Shown: one piece after another, positions 33,719 through 48,800 of the stretch
How the letters are laid out: every line of letters begins with the position of its first letter
Numbering within the stretch: the stretch's first letter is position 1
Assembly: GCA_950097015.1 (NCBI GenBank)
Contig: CATNEN010000038.1
Coordinates: forward strand, 31,186,001-31,250,000
Source: Macrostomum hystrix
Lineage: Eukaryota > Animalia > Platyhelminthes
Direction: 5' to 3'
DNA length: 64,000 bases
Position numbers and translations under genes: made by a program
The notes under the pieces: generated by a model
Seen by the model: the letters and a program-made list of their open reading frames with translations, nothing else
Database searches by the model: none
Told to the model about the DNA's origin: nothing

Positions 33719-36700
33719 TCTCTAAATATACTAATTTTCACGTGTTGTTTGTCTGTGTGTCTGTGTGTGTGTCAGTTCGACATCTCCTCCTAGAATACTG
33801 GCAACTCAGCGTTGAAACTTATATGGGAAAATGGGAAATTTTCCGAGGAAGGCTATAGGCTATTTTAATTCTGAAATTTCAAATTCTATGATCCTCAAAA
33901 AAGCAGAAAGGCTATTAAGTAGTATATAGTAGGCAAATGTCCTTCCCGCTGTGATGAAATTGGCCTCGGTTAAATGAGTTGCGTCAACATTTTGTGCCTA
34001 TCTGTTTAGTGTATTTTCTCTCCAGTGGAGGGTTGGCAGTCGGTTTGAAAAAAAATGGGGCGGAGAGGTGGCCGTACGCACATTCTAACTGCCTCTGTGT
34101 ATTGGCGGAGAGAGGGTGCCGTTAGTCAGTTCTATTGAGGGGTCTGATTTGTTCAATATTGAAGTGCGTACAATGGGCAGGGCAGAGTTGGCTGGGTTAA
34201 AATTCAATTGATAAAATTTGCGGGCCTGTTCTTTGCGCTGTTCTTTGCGCTAAAAGGCAGTGAAATTTCAGCTGAGAATTCTTCTTTTTAAGATTAGTGG
34301 ATAAAATTTTGTACTGCTAGAAAGAACTGAGGCGATCAGAGATCAGGGGATGGGAGATGAGGCGATGGGAATTTAGGCGATAGGAGATCAGGCGACGGGA
34401 GATGAGGCGATGGGAGATCAGGCGATGGGAGATCAGGCGATGGGAGATAAGGCGATGGGAGATGAGGCAATGGGAGATGAGGCGATGGGAGATCAGGCGA
34501 TGGGAGATCAGGCGATAGGAGATAAGGCGATGGGAGATCAGGCGACGGGAGATGAGGCGATGGGAGATCAGGCGATGGGAGATCAGGCGATGGGAGATGA
34601 GGCGATGGGAGATCAGGCGATGGGAGATTAGGCGATGGGAGATGAGGCGATGGGAGATGAGGCAATGGGAGATGAGGCGATGGGAGATCAGGCGATGGGA
34701 GATCAGGCGATAGGAGATAAGGCGATGGGAGATCAGGCGACGGGAGATGAGGCGATGGGAGATCAGGCGATGGGAGATCAGGCGATGGGAGATGAGGCGA
34801 TGGGAGATCAGGCGATGGGAGATTAGGCGATGGGAGATGAGGCGATGGGAGATTAGGCGATGGGAGATCAGGCGATAGGAGATGAGGCGATGGGAGATGA
34901 GGCGATGGGAGATCAGGCGACGGGAGATGAGGCGATGGGAGATCAGGCGATGGGAGATCAGGCGATGGGAGATGAGGCGATGGGAGATGAGGCAATGGGA
35001 GATGAGGCGATGGGAGATCAGGCGATGGGAGATTAGGCGATGGGAGATGAGGCGATGGGAGATGTGGCGACGGGAGATGAGGAAATGGGAGATTAGGCGA
35101 TGGGAGATCAGGCAATGGGAGATCTGGCGATGAGAGATCAGGCGATAGGAGATGAGGCGATGGGAGATGAGGCGATGGGAGATGAGACGGTGGGAGATCA
35201 GGCGGGGGAAGATCAGGCGATGGGAGATGAGGCGATGGGAGATGAGGCGATGGGAAATCAGGCGATGGCGATGGGAGATGTGGCGACGGGAGATGAGGCA
35301 ATGGGAGATTAGGCGATGGGAGATCAGGCGACGGGAGATGAGGCGATGGGAGATGAGGCGATGGGAGATGAGGCGATGGGAGATGAGGCGATGGGAGATG
35401 AGGCGATGGGAGATCAGGCGGGGGAAGATCAGGCGATTGGAGATCAGGCGATGGGAGTTCTCTCCCCTCAACCTCCTCCGGAGGAGGAGTTTAGCTCGTC
35501 TCTCTCTCTTCTTCTCTAAATATACTAATTTTCACGTGTTGTTTGTCTGTGTGTGTGTGTGTCTGTCAGTTCGACATCTAAATATACTAATTTTCACGTG
35601 TTGTTTGTCTGTGTGTGTGTGTGTCTGTCAGTTCGACATCTCCTCCTAGAATACTGGCAACTCAGCGTTGAAACTTATATGGGAAAATGGGAAATTTTCC
35701 GAGGAAGGCTATAGGCTATTTTAATTCTGAAATTTCAAATTCTATGATCCTCAAAAAAGCAGAAAGGCTATTAAGTAGTATATAGTAGGCAAATGTCCTT
35801 CCCGCTGTGATGAAATTGGCCTCGGTTAAATGAGTTGCGTCAACATTTTGTGCCTATCTGTTTAGTGTATTTTCTCTCCAGTGGAGGGTTGGCAGTCGGT
35901 TTGAAAATGGGGCGGAGAGTTGGCCGTACGCACATTCTAACTGTCCCTGTGTATTGGCGGAGAGAGGGTGCCGCGAGTTATTTCTATTGAGGGGTCTGAT
36001 TTGTTCAATATTGAAGTGCGTACAATGGGCAGGGCAGAGTTGGCTGGGTTAAAATTCAATTGATAAAATTTGCGGGCCTCTCAGTGTAGGCGGAGAAGAA
36101 TGTGCTTACTAAACTGGCTGCCCCTTGCGCTAAAGGCAATGAAATTTCAACTGTGAATTATTATTTTGCTTTTTAACATTTGAAAAGAACTGAGGCGATT
36201 TGAGATCAGGCAATGGGAGATCAGGCAATGGGAGATCAGGCGATGGGAGATGAAGCGATCAGAGATGAGGCAATGGGAGATCAGGCGACGGGAGATGAGC
36301 CGATGGGAGATCAGGCAATGAGAAATGAGGCGATGGGAGATCAGGCGATAGGAGATGTAGCGACGGGAGATGAGGCGACGGGAGATCAGGCGATGGGAGA
36401 TGAGGCGATGGGAGATTAGGCGATGGGAGATTAGGCGATGGGAGATCAGGCGATAGGAGATGAGGCGATGGGAGATGAGACGATGGGAGATGATGCGATG
36501 GGAGATTAGGCGATGGGAGATGAGGTGATGGGTGATCAGGTGATGGGAGATGAGGCGATGGGAGATGAGGCGATGGGAGATGAAGCGATGGGAGATGAGG
36601 CGATGGGAGATCAGGCAATGGGAGATCAGGCGATTGGAGATTAGGCGATGGGAGATTAGGCGATGGGAAATGAGGCGATGGGAGATTAGGCGATGGGAGA

Positions 36701-39700
36701 TGAGGCGATGGGAGATTAGGCGATGGGAGATCAGGCGATAGGAGATGAGGCGATGGGAGATGAGACGATGGGAGATGATGCGATGGGAGATTAGGCGATG
36801 GGAGATGAGGTGATGGGTGATCAGGTGATGGGAGATGAGGCGATGGGAGATGAGGCGATGGGAGATGAAGCGATGGGAGATGAGGCGATGGGAGATCAGG
36901 CGATGGGAGATGAGGCGATGGGAGATGAGGCGATGGGAGATGAGGCGATGGGAGATTAGGCGATGGGAGATCAGGCGATAGGAGATGACGCGATGGGAGA
37001 TCAGGCGATGGGAGTTCTCTCCCCTCAACCTCCTCCGGAGGAGGAGTTTAGCTCGTCTCTAAATATACTAATTTTCACGTGTTGTTTGTCTGTGTGTGTG
37101 TCTGTGTGTGTGTGTGTGTGTCAGTTCGACATCTCCTCCTAGAATACTGGCAACTCAGCGTTGAAACTTATATGGGAAAATGGGAAATTTTCCGAGGAAG
37201 GCTATAGGCTATTTTAATTTTGAAATTTCAAATTCTATGATCCTCAAAAAAGCAGAAAGGCTATTAAGTAGTATATAGTAGGCAAATGTCCTTCCCGCTG
37301 TGATGAAATTGGCCTCGGTTAAATGAGTTGCGTCAACATTTTGTGCCTATCTGTTTAGTGTATTTTCTCTCCAGTGGAGGGTTGGCAGTCGGTTTGAAAA
37401 TGGGGCGGAGAGTTGGCCGTACGCACATTCTAACTGTCCCTGTGTATTGGCGGAGAGAGGGTGCCGCGAGTTATTTCTATTGAGGGGTCTGATTTGTTCA
37501 ATATTGAAGTGCGTACAATGGGCAGGGCAGAGTTGGCTGGGTTAAAATTCAATTGATAAAACTAGCGGGCCTCTCAGTGTAGGCGGAGAAGAATGTACTT
37601 ACTAAAAAACTGGCTGCCCTTTGCGCTAAAAGCAATGAAATTTCAACTGTGAATTATTATTTTGCTTTTTAACATTTGAAAAGAACTGAGGCGATTTGAG
37701 ATCAGGCAATGGGAGATCAGGCAATGGAAGATCAGGCGATGGGAGATCAGGCGATCGGAGATGAGGCGATGGGAGATCAGGCGACGGGAGATGAGCCGAT
37801 GGGAGATCAGGCGATGGGAGATGAGGCGATGGGAGATGAGGCGATGGGAGATCAGGCGACGGGAGATGAGCCGATGGGAGATCAGGCGATGGGAGATGAG
37901 GCGATGGGAGATCAGGCGATGGGAGATCAGGCGATGGGAGATGTGGCGACGGGAGATGAGGCAATGAGAAATGAGGCGATGGGAGATCAGGCGATAGGAG
38001 ATGTGGCGACGGGAGATCAGGCGATGGGAGATCAGGCGATGGGAGATCAGGCGACGGGAGATGAGCCGATGGGAGATCAGGCGATGGGAGATCAGGCGAT
38101 GGGAGATCAGGCGATGGGAGATGAGCCGATGGGAGATCAGGCGATGGGAGATCAGGCGATGGGAGATCAGGCGATGGGAGATGAGGCGATGGGAGATCAG
38201 GCGATGGGAGATCAGGCGATGGGAGATGTGGCGACGGGAGATGAGGCAATGAGAAATGAGGCGATGGGAGATGAGGCGATAGGAGATGTGGCGACGGGAG
38301 ATGAGGCGATGGGAGATCAGGCGATGGGAGATGAGGCGATGGGAGATGAGGCGATGGGAGATGAGGCGATGGGAGATCAGGCGATAGGAGATGAGGCGAT
38401 GGGAGATGAGACGATGGGAGATGATGCGATGGGAGATTAGGCGATGGGAGATGAGGCGATGGGAGATGAGGCGATGGGAGATGAGGCGATGGGAGATTAG
38501 GCGATGGGAGATCAGGCGATAGGAGATGACGCGATGGGAGATCAGGCGATGGGAGATCAGGCGATGGGAGATGAGGCGATGGGAGATCAGGCGATGGGAG
38601 GTCAGGCGATAGGAGATGTGGCGACGGGAGATCAGGCGATAGGAGATCAGGCGATGGGAGATCAGGCGATAGGAGATGACGCGATGGGAGATCAGGCGAT
38701 GGGAGATCAGGCGATGGGAGATGAGGCGATGGGAGATGAGGCGATGGGAGATGAGGCGATGGGAGATCAGGCGATAGGAGATGAGGCGATGGGAGATGAG
38801 ACGATGGGAGATGATGCGATGGGAGATTAGGCGATGGGAGATGAGGCGATGGGAGATGAGGCGATGGGAGATTAGGCGATGGGAGATCAGGCGATAGGAG
38901 ATGACGCGATGGGAGATCAGGCGATGGGAGATCAGGCGATGGGAGATGAGGCGATGGGAGATCAGGCGATGGGAGGTCAGGCGATAGGAGATGTGGCGAC
39001 GGGAGATGAGGCGATGGGAGATCAGGCGATGGGAGATGAGGCGATGGGAGATGAGGCGATGGGAGATGAGGCGATGGGAGATTAGGCGATGGGAGATCAG
39101 GCGATAGGAGATGACGCGATGGGAGATCAGGCGATGGGAGATCAGGCGATAGGAGATCAGGCGATGGGAGATCAGGCGATAGGAGATGACGCGATGGGAG
39201 ATCAGGCGATGGGAGTTCTCTCCCCTCAACCTCCTCCGGAGGAGGAGTTTAGCTCGTAAATATACTAATTTTCACGTGTTGTTTGTCTGTCTGTGTGTGT
39301 GTGTGTGTGTCAGTTCGACATCTCCTCCTAGAATACTGGCAACTCAGCGTTGAAACTTATATGGGAAAATGGGAAATTTTCCGAGGAAGGCTATAGGCTA
39401 TTTTAATTCTGAAATTTCAAATTCTATGATCCTCAAAAAAGCAGAAAGGCTATTAAGTAGTATATAGTAGGCAAATGTCCTTCCCGCTGTGATGAAATTG
39501 GCCTCGGTTAAATGAGTTGCGTCAACATTTTGTGCCTATCTGTTTAGTGTATTTTCTCTCCAGTGGAGGGTTGGCAGTCGGTTTGAAAAAAAATGGGGCG
39601 GAGAGGTGGCCGTACGCACAGTCTAACTGCCTCTGTGTATTGGCGGAGAGAGGGTGCCGTTAGTCAGTTCTATTGAGGGGTCTGATTTGTTCAATATTGA

Positions 39701-42700
39701 AGTGCGTACAATGGGCAGGGCAGAGTTGGCTGAGTTAAAATTCAATTTATAAAATTAGCGGGCCTCTCAGTGTAGGCGGAGAAGAATGTGCTTACTAAAC
39801 TGGCTGCCCTTTGCAGAAATTTCAACTGAGAATTATTATTTTGCTTTTTTTAGATTTGTGGATAAAATTTGTACTGCTGGAGAGAACTTGAAGTTCTAAA
39901 TCCAGAGATATAAATTTCATTGCTGAATTCTGAAAATTGGGGATGCCAAGGGCAAATAAAGTTTTTATACTTTTGCAATGCTTTCAGCTGAGTGTACAGT
40001 GTCTCGGCGAGATTGCTAAGGAGAGAGAATTCGCCACAATACAGTTTCACACATTCCTATTCTCGAAGGCGGGCTGTTGAATTTTATTTATTGAAATTCG
40101 CACCTCTGACTGAGCGGGGCCCGGAGAACTGGCTGTCGTCAATATTAATGGCTCGGACTTCACCTGTTTTAACGGGTGGGGTTTAATTTAAAGTTGATGG
40201 AGTTCGCGCGATATGATTTCTAGCCCCTCAATCTTATCCGAAAGTTGTCGTCTATTTTAATTCTGAAGATTCTGGGCATGGTAGCTAAAGAAAAATTGGT
40301 CAATTTTGAATTGTTTTCAACAGTTTAGTCGGACAAAAGGCGGTTTACGCACATTGCTACTTTCAGACATCATTAGGTGAGGAGTTTTTGGTTAGTCAGT
40401 TTAGACACTGAGGTCTGAACTCTCTGAATTAAATATAAAATGACTGTACATTCACGCAAGATCGCACTGGGTGATGAGGCGATGAGAGATCAGGCAATGG
40501 GAGATCAGGCGATGGGAGATTAGGCGATGGGAGATCAGACGATGGGAGATGAGGCGATGGGAGATTAGGCGATGGGAGATCAGGCGATAGGAGATGAGGC
40601 GATGGGAGATGAGGCGATGGGAGATCAGGCGATGGGAGATGAGGCGATGGGAGATTAGGCGATGGGAGAACAGGAGATAGGAGATGAGGCGATGGGAGAT
40701 GAGGCGATGGGAGATCAGGCGACGGATGATGAGGCGATGGGAGATCAGGCGATAGGAGATGAGGCGATGGGAGATGAGGCGATGGGAGATGAGGCGATGG
40801 GTGATCAGGCGATAGGAGATGAGGCGATGGGAGATCAGGCGATGGGAGATGTGGCGACGGGAGATGAGGCAATGGGAGATTAGGCGATGGGAGATGAGGC
40901 GATGAGAGATTAGGCGATGGGAGATCAGGCGATGGGAGATCAGGCGATGGGAGATGAGGCGATGGGAGATCAGGCGGGGGAAGATCAGGCGATTGGAGAT
41001 CAGGCGATGGGAGTTCTCTCCCCTCAACCTCCTCCGGAGGAGGAGTTTAGCTCGTAAATATACTAATTTTCACGTGTTGTTTGTCTGTCTGTGTGTGTGT
41101 GTGTCAGTTCGACATCTCCTCCTAGAATACTGGCAACTCAGCGTTGAAACTTATATGGGAAAATGGGAAATTTTCCGAGGAAGGCTATAGGCTATTTTAA
41201 TTCTGAAATTTCAAATTCTATGATCCTCAAAAAAGCAGAAAGGCTATTAAGTAGTATATAGTAGGCAAATGTCCTTCCCGCTGTGATGAAATTGGCCTCG
41301 GTTAAATGAGTTGCGTCAACATTTTGTGCCTATCTGTTCAGTGTATTTTCTCTCCAGTGGAGGGTTGGCAGTCGGTTTGAAAATGGGGCGGAGAGGAGGC
41401 CGTACGCACATTCTAACTGCCTCTGTGTATTGGCGGAGAGAGGGTGCCGCGAGTTATTTCTATTGAGGGGTCTGATTTGTTCAATATTGAAGTGCGTACA
41501 ATGGGCAGGGCAGAGTTGGCTGAGTTAAAATTAAATTTATAAAATTAGCGGGCCTCTCAGTGTAGGTGGAGAAGAATGTGCTTACTAAACTGGCTGCCCT
41601 TTGCAGAAATTTCAACTGAGAATTATTATTTTGCTTTTTTTAAGATTTGTGGATAAAATTTGTACTGCTGGAGAGAACTTGAAGTTCTAAATCCAGAGAT
41701 ATAAATTTCATTGCTGAATTCCGAAAATTGGGGATGCCAAGGGCAAATAAAGTTTTTATACTTTTGCAATGCTTTCAGCTGAGTGTACAGTGTCTCGGCG
41801 AGATTGCTAAGGAGAGAGAATTCGCCACAATACAGTTTCACACATTCCTATTCTCGAAGGCGGGCTGTTGAATTTTATTTATTGAAATTCGCACCTCTGA
41901 CTGAGCGGGGCCCGGAGAACTGGCTGTCGTCAATATTAATGGCTCGGACTTCACCTGTTTTAACGGGTGGGGTTTAATTTAAAGTTGATGGAGTTCGCGC
42001 GATATGATTTCTAGCCCCTCAATCTTATCCGAAAGTTGTCGTCTATTTTAATTCTGAAGATTCTGGGCATGGTAGCTAAAGAAAAATTGGTCAATTTTGA
42101 ATTGTTTTCAACAGTTAAGTTGGACAAAAGGCGGTTTACGCACATTGCTACTTTCAGACATCATTGGGTGAGGAGTTTTTGGTTAGTCAGTTTGGACACT
42201 GAGGTCTGAACTCTCTGAATTGAATAAAAATGTCTGTACATTCACGCAAGATCGCACGGGGTGATGAGGCGATGGGAGATCAGGCAATGGGAGATCAGGC
42301 GATGGGAGATTAGGCGATGGGAGATCAGGTGATGGGAGATGAGGCGATGGGAGATTAGGCGATGGGAGAACAGGAGATAGGAGATGAGGCGATGGGAGAT
42401 GAGGCGATGGGAGATCAGGCGATGGGAGATGAGGCGATGGGAGAACAGGCGATGGGAGATGAGGCGATGGGAGATCAGGCGATGGGAGATGAGGCAATGG
42501 GAGATAAGGCGATGGGAGATGAGGCGATGGGAGATCAGGCGATGGGAGATTAGGCGATAGGAGATGAGGCGATGGGAGATCAGGCGATAGGAGTTGAGGC
42601 GATGGGAGATCAGGCGATGGGATATGTGGCGACGGGAGATGAGGCAATGGGAGATGAGGCGATGGGAGATGAGGCGATGGGAAATCAGGCGATGGGAGAT

Positions 42701-45700
42701 GAGGCGACGGGAGATGAGGCAATAGGAGATGAGGCGATGGGAGATCAGGCGATAGGAGATGAGGCGATGGGAGATGAGGCGATGGGAGATGAGGCAATAG
42801 GAGATGAGGCGATGGGACATCAGGCGATAGGAGATGAGGCGATGGGAGATGAGGCGATGGGAGATCAGGCGATGAGAGATCAGGCGATGGTAGATGAGGC
42901 GATGAAAGATAAGGCGATGGGAGATCAGGCGACGGGAGATGAGGGGATGGGAGATCAGGCGATGGGAGATCAGGCGATGGGAGATCAGGCGATGGGAGAT
43001 CAGGCGATGGGAGATGTGGCGATGGGAGATGAGGTGATGGGTGATCAGGTGAAGGGAGATGAGGCGATGGGAGATGAGGCGATGAAAGATAAGGCGATGG
43101 GAGATCAGGCGACGGGAGATCAGGCGATGGGAGATGTGGCGACGGGAGATGAGGCAATGGGAGATTAGGCGATGGGAGATCAGGCAATGGGAGATCTGGC
43201 GATGGGAGATCAGGCGATAGGAGATCAGGCGATGGGAGATGAGGCGATAGGAGATCTGGCGATGGGAGATCAGGCAATAGGAGATCAGGCGATGGGAGAT
43301 GAGGCGATGGGAGATGAGACGGTGGGAGATCAGGCGGGGGAAGATCAGGCGAAGGGAGATTAGGCGATGGGAGATCAGGCAATGGGAGATCAGGCGATGG
43401 GAGATGAGGCGATGGGAGATGAGGTGATGGGTGATCAGGTGAAGGGAGATGAGGCGATTGGAGATCAGGCGATGGGAGTTCTCTCCCCTCAACCTCCTCC
43501 GGAGGAGGAGTTTAGCTCGAAATATACTAATTTTCACGTGTTGTTTGTCTGTGTGTGTGTGTGTCTGTGTGTCAGTTCGACATCTCCTCCTAGAATACTG
43601 GCAACTCAGCGTTGAAACTTATATGGGAAAATGGGAAATTTTCCGAGGAAGGCTATAGGCTATTTTAATTCTGAAATTTCAAATTCTATGATCCTCAAAA
43701 AAGCAGAAAGGCTATTAAGTAGTATATAGTAGGCAAATGTCCTTCCCGCTGTGATGAAATTGGCCTCGGTTAAATGAGTTGCGTCAACATTTTGTGCCTA
43801 TCTGTTTAGTGTATTTTCTCTCCAGTGGAGGGTTGGCAGTCGGTTTGAAAATGGGGCGGAGAGTTGGCCGTACGCACATTCTAACTGTCCCTGTGTATTG
43901 GCGGAGAGAGGGTGCCGCGAGTTATTTCTATTGAGGGGTCTGATTTGTTCAATATTGAAGTGCGTACAATGGGCAGGGCAGAGTTGGCTGGGTTAAAATT
44001 CAATTTATAAAATTAGCGGGCCTCTCAGTGTAGCCGGAGAAGAATGTGCTTACTAAACTGGCTGCCTTTTGCAGAAATTTCAACTGAGAATTATTATTTT
44101 GCTTTTTTAAGATTTGTGGATAAAATTTGTACTGCTGGAGAGAACTTGAAGTTCTAAATCCAGAGATATAAATTTCATTGCTGAATTCCGAAAATTGGGG
44201 ATGCCAAGGGCAAATAAAGTTTTTATACTTTTGCAATGCTTTCAGCTGAGTGTACAGTGTCTCCGCTAGATTGCTAAGGAGAGAGAATTCGCCACAATAC
44301 AGTTTCACACATTCCTATTCTCGAAGGCGGGCTGTTGAATTTTATTTATTGAAATTCGCACCTCTGACTGAGCGGGGCCCGGAGAACTGGCTGTCGTCAA
44401 TATTAATGGCTCGGACTTCATCTGTTTTAACGGGTGGGGTTTAATTTAAAGTTGATGGAGTTCGCGCGATATGATTTCTAGCCCCTCAATCTTATCCGAA
44501 AGTTGTCGTCTATTTTAATTCTGAAGATTCTGGGCATGGTAGCTAAAGAAAAATTGGTCAATTTTGAATTGTTTTCAACAGTTTAGTCGGACAAAAGGCG
44601 GTTTACGCACATTGCTACTTCCAGACATCATTGGGTGAGGAGTTTTTGGTTAGATGAGGCGATGGGAGATGTGGCGACGGGAGATGAGGCAATGGGAGTT
44701 TAGGCGATGAGAGATGAGGCGATGGGAGATGAGGCGATGGGAGATGAGGCGATGGGAGATGAGGCGATGAAAGATGAGGCGATGGGAGATGAGGCGATGG
44801 GAGATCAGGCGACGGGAGATGAGGGGATGGGAGATCAGGCGATGGGAGATGTGGCGACGGGAGATGAGGGGATGGGAGATCAGGCGATGGGAGATGAGGG
44901 GATGGGAGATCAGGCGATGGGAGATCAGGCGATGGGAGATCAGGCGATGGGAGATGTGGCGACGGGAGATGAGGTGATGGGTGATCAGGTGAAGGGAGAT
45001 GAGGCGATGGGAGATAAGGCGATGGGAGATGAGGCGATGGGAGATGAGGCAATAGGAGATGAGGCGATGGGACATCAGGCGATAGGAGATGAGGCGATGG
45101 GAGATGAGGCGATGGGAGATGAGACGGTGGGAGATCAGGCGGGGGAAGATCAGGCGAGGGGAGATCAGGCGATGGGAGATCAGGCGATGGGAGATCGGGC
45201 GATGGGAGATGAGGCGATGGGAGATCAGGCGATGGGAGATGAGGGGATGGGAGATCAGGCGATAGGAGATGAGGCGATGGGAGATGAGGTGATGGGAGAT
45301 GAGACAGTGGGAGATCAGGCGGGGGAAGATCAGGCGATGGGAGATCAGGCGATGGGAGATGAGGCGATGGGAGATTAGGCGATGGGAGATCAGGCGATAG
45401 GAGATGAGGCGATGGGAGATGAGACGATGGGAGATGATGCGATGGGAGATTAGGCGATGGGAGATGAGGTGATGGGTGATCAGGTGATGGGAGATGAGGC
45501 GATGGGAGTTGAAGCGATGGGAGATGAGGCGATGGGAGATCAGGCGATGGGAGATCAGGCGATGGGAGATCAGGCGATGGGAGATGAGGGGATGGGAGAT
45601 CAGGCGACGGGAGATGAGGCGATGGGAGATGAGGCGATGGGAGATGAGGCGATGGGAGATGAGGCGATGGGAGATGAGGCGATGGGAGATGAGGCGATGG

Positions 45701-45842
45701 GAGATTAGGCGATGGGAGATTAGGCGATGGGAGATCAGGCGATAGGAGATGACGCGATGGGAGATCAGGCGATGGGAGTTCTCTCCTCTCAACCTCCTCC
45801 GGAGGAGGAGTTTAGCTCGTAAATATACTAAAATTCACGTGT

Positions 45843-45889
<47 letters not shown>

Positions 45890-48800
45890 TGGTTATCTCC
45901 TCCTAGAATACTGACAAGTCAACTTTGAAACTTATATGGGAAAATGGGAAATTTTCCTGGTCAGGCTATAGGCTATTTTAATTCTGAAATTTCAAATTCT
46001 ATGATCCTCAAAAAAGCAGAAAGGCTATTAAGTAGTATATAGTAGGCAAATGTCCTTCCCGCTGTGATGAAATTGGCCTCGGTTAAATGAGTTGCGTCAA
46101 CATTTTGTGCCTATCTGTTTAGTGTATTTTCTCTCCAGTGGAGGGTTGGCAGTCGGTTTGAAAAAAAATACGGCGGAGAGGTGGCCGTACGCACATTCTA
46201 ACTGCCTCTGTGTATTGGCGGAGAGAGGGTGCCGTTAGTCAGTTCTATTGAGGGGTCTGATTTGTTCAATATTGAAGTGCGTACAATGGGCAGGGCAGAG
46301 TTGGCTGGGTTAAAATTCAATTGATAAAATTTGCGGGCCTCTCAGTGTAGGCGGAGAAGAATGTGCTTACTAAACTGGCTGCCTTTTGCAGAAATTTCAA
46401 CTGAGAATTATTATTTTGCTTTTTTAAGATTTGTGGATAAAATTTGTACTGCTGGAGAGAACTTGAAGTTCTAAATCCAGAGATATAAATTTCATTGCTG
46501 AATTCCGAAAATTGGGGATGCCAAGGGCAAATAAAGTTTTTATACTTTTGCAATGCTTTCAGCTGAGTGTACAGTGTCTCGGCGAGATTGCTAAGGAGAG
46601 AGAATTCGCCACAATACAGTTTCACACATTCCTATTCTCGAAGGCGGGCTGTTGAATTTTATTTATTGAAATTCGCACCTCTGACTGAGCGGGGCCCGGA
46701 GAACTGGCTGTCGTCAAAATTAATGGCTCGGACTTCACCTGTTTTAACGGGTGGGGTTTAATTTAAAGTTGATGGAGTTCGCGCGATATGATTTCTAGCC
46801 CCTCAATCTTATCCGAAAGTTGTCGTCTATTTTAATTCTGAAGATTCTGGGCATGGTAGCTAAAGAAAAATTGGTCAATTTTGAATTGTTTTCAACAGTT
46901 TAGTCGGACAAAAGGCGGTTTACGCACATTGCTACTTTCAGACATCATTGGGTGAGGAGTTTTTGGTTAGATGAGGCGATGGGAGATGTGGCGATGGGAG
47001 ATCAGGCGACGGGAGATGAGCGGATGGGAGATCAGGCGATGGGAGATGTGGCGACGGGAGATGAGGGGATGGGAGATTAGGCGATGGGAGATCAGGCAAT
47101 GGGAGATCTGGCGATGGGAGATCAGGCGATAGGAGATCAGGCGATGGGAGATGAGGCGATAAGAGATGAGACGGTGGGAGATCAGGCGGGGGAAGATCAG
47201 GCGATGGGAGATTAGGCGATGGGAGATGAGGCGATGGGAGATGAGGTGAAGGGAGATGAGGCGATGGGAGATGAGGCAATAGGAGATGAGGCGATGGGAG
47301 ATCAGGCGATAGGAGATCAGGCGATGGGAGATGAGGCGATGGGAGATGAGACGGTGGGAGATCAGGCGGGGGAAGATCAGGCGATGGGAGATTAGGCGAT
47401 GGGAGATCAGGCAATGGGAGATCTGGCGATGGGAGATCAGGCGATAGGAGATCAGGCGATGGGAGATGAGGCGATGGGAGATGAGACGGTGGGAGATCAG
47501 GCGGGGGAAGATCAGGCGATGGGAGATCAGGCGATGGGAGATCAGGCGATGGGAGATGAGGCGATGGGAGATGAGACGGTGGGAGATCAGGCGGGGGAAG
47601 ATCAGGCGATGGGAGATTAGGCGATGGGAGATCAGGCAATGGGAGATCTGGCGATGGGAGATCAGGCGATAGGAGATCAGGCGATGGGAGATGAGGCGGT
47701 GGGAGATCAGGCGGGGGAAGATCAGGCGATTGGAGATCAGGCGATGGGAGTTCTCTCCCCTCAACCTCCTCCGGAGGAGGAGTTTAGCTCGTCGTAAATA
47801 TACTAAAATTCACGTGTTGTTTGTCTGTCTGTCTGTCTGTCTGTTGGTTATCTCCTCCTAGAATACTGACAAGTCAACTTTGAAACTTATATGGGAAAAT
47901 GGGAAATTTTCCTGGTCAGGCTATAGGCTATTTTAATTCTGAAATTTCAAATTCTAAGATCCTCAAAAAAGCAGAAAAATGATTTCGTAACCTTCTCTGG
48001 ACACTTTTTTCTTTTGAGCTGAGAAAACTGGAGTCGGTAAAAGTGGTTGCGCTATCATTTCGGCCTATCTGTTCAGTGTATTTTCTCTCCAGTGGAGGGT
48101 TGGCAGTCGGTTTGAAAATGGGGCGGAGAGGTGGCCGTACGCACATTCTAACTGTCCCTGTGTATTGGCGGAGAGGGTGCCGCGAGTTATTTCTATTGAG
48201 GGGTCTGATTTGTTCAATATTGAAGTGCGTACAATGGGCAGGGCAGAGTTGGCTGGGTTAAAATATAATTTTTTAATTTGCGGGCCTCTCAGTGTAGGCG
48301 GAGAAGAATTTACTTACTAAAAAACTGGCTGCCCTTTGCGCTAAAGGCAATGAAATTTTAACTGTGAATTTTGCTTTTGCTTTTTAACATTTGAAAAGAA
48401 CTGAGTCGATTTGAGATCAGGCGATCAGAGCCGCGATGGGAGATGAGGCGTTGGGAAATCAGGCGATGGGAGATCAGGCGATGGAAGATTAGGCGATAGG
48501 AAATCACGCGATGGGAGATGAGGCGATGGGAGATCAGGAGATGGGAGATGAGGCGATTGGAGATGTGGCGATGTGAGATTAGGCGATGGGAGATGAGGCG
48601 ATGGGAGATCAGGCGATGGGAGATTAGGTGAGGGGAGATCAGGCAATGGGAGATCTGGCGATGGGAAATCAGGCGATAGGAGATGAGGCGATGGGAGATG
48701 AGGCGATGGGAGATGAGGCGATGGGAGATCAGGCGATGGGAGATCAGGCGATGGGAGATCAGGCGATCGGAGATTAGGCATTGGGAGATCAGGCGATGGG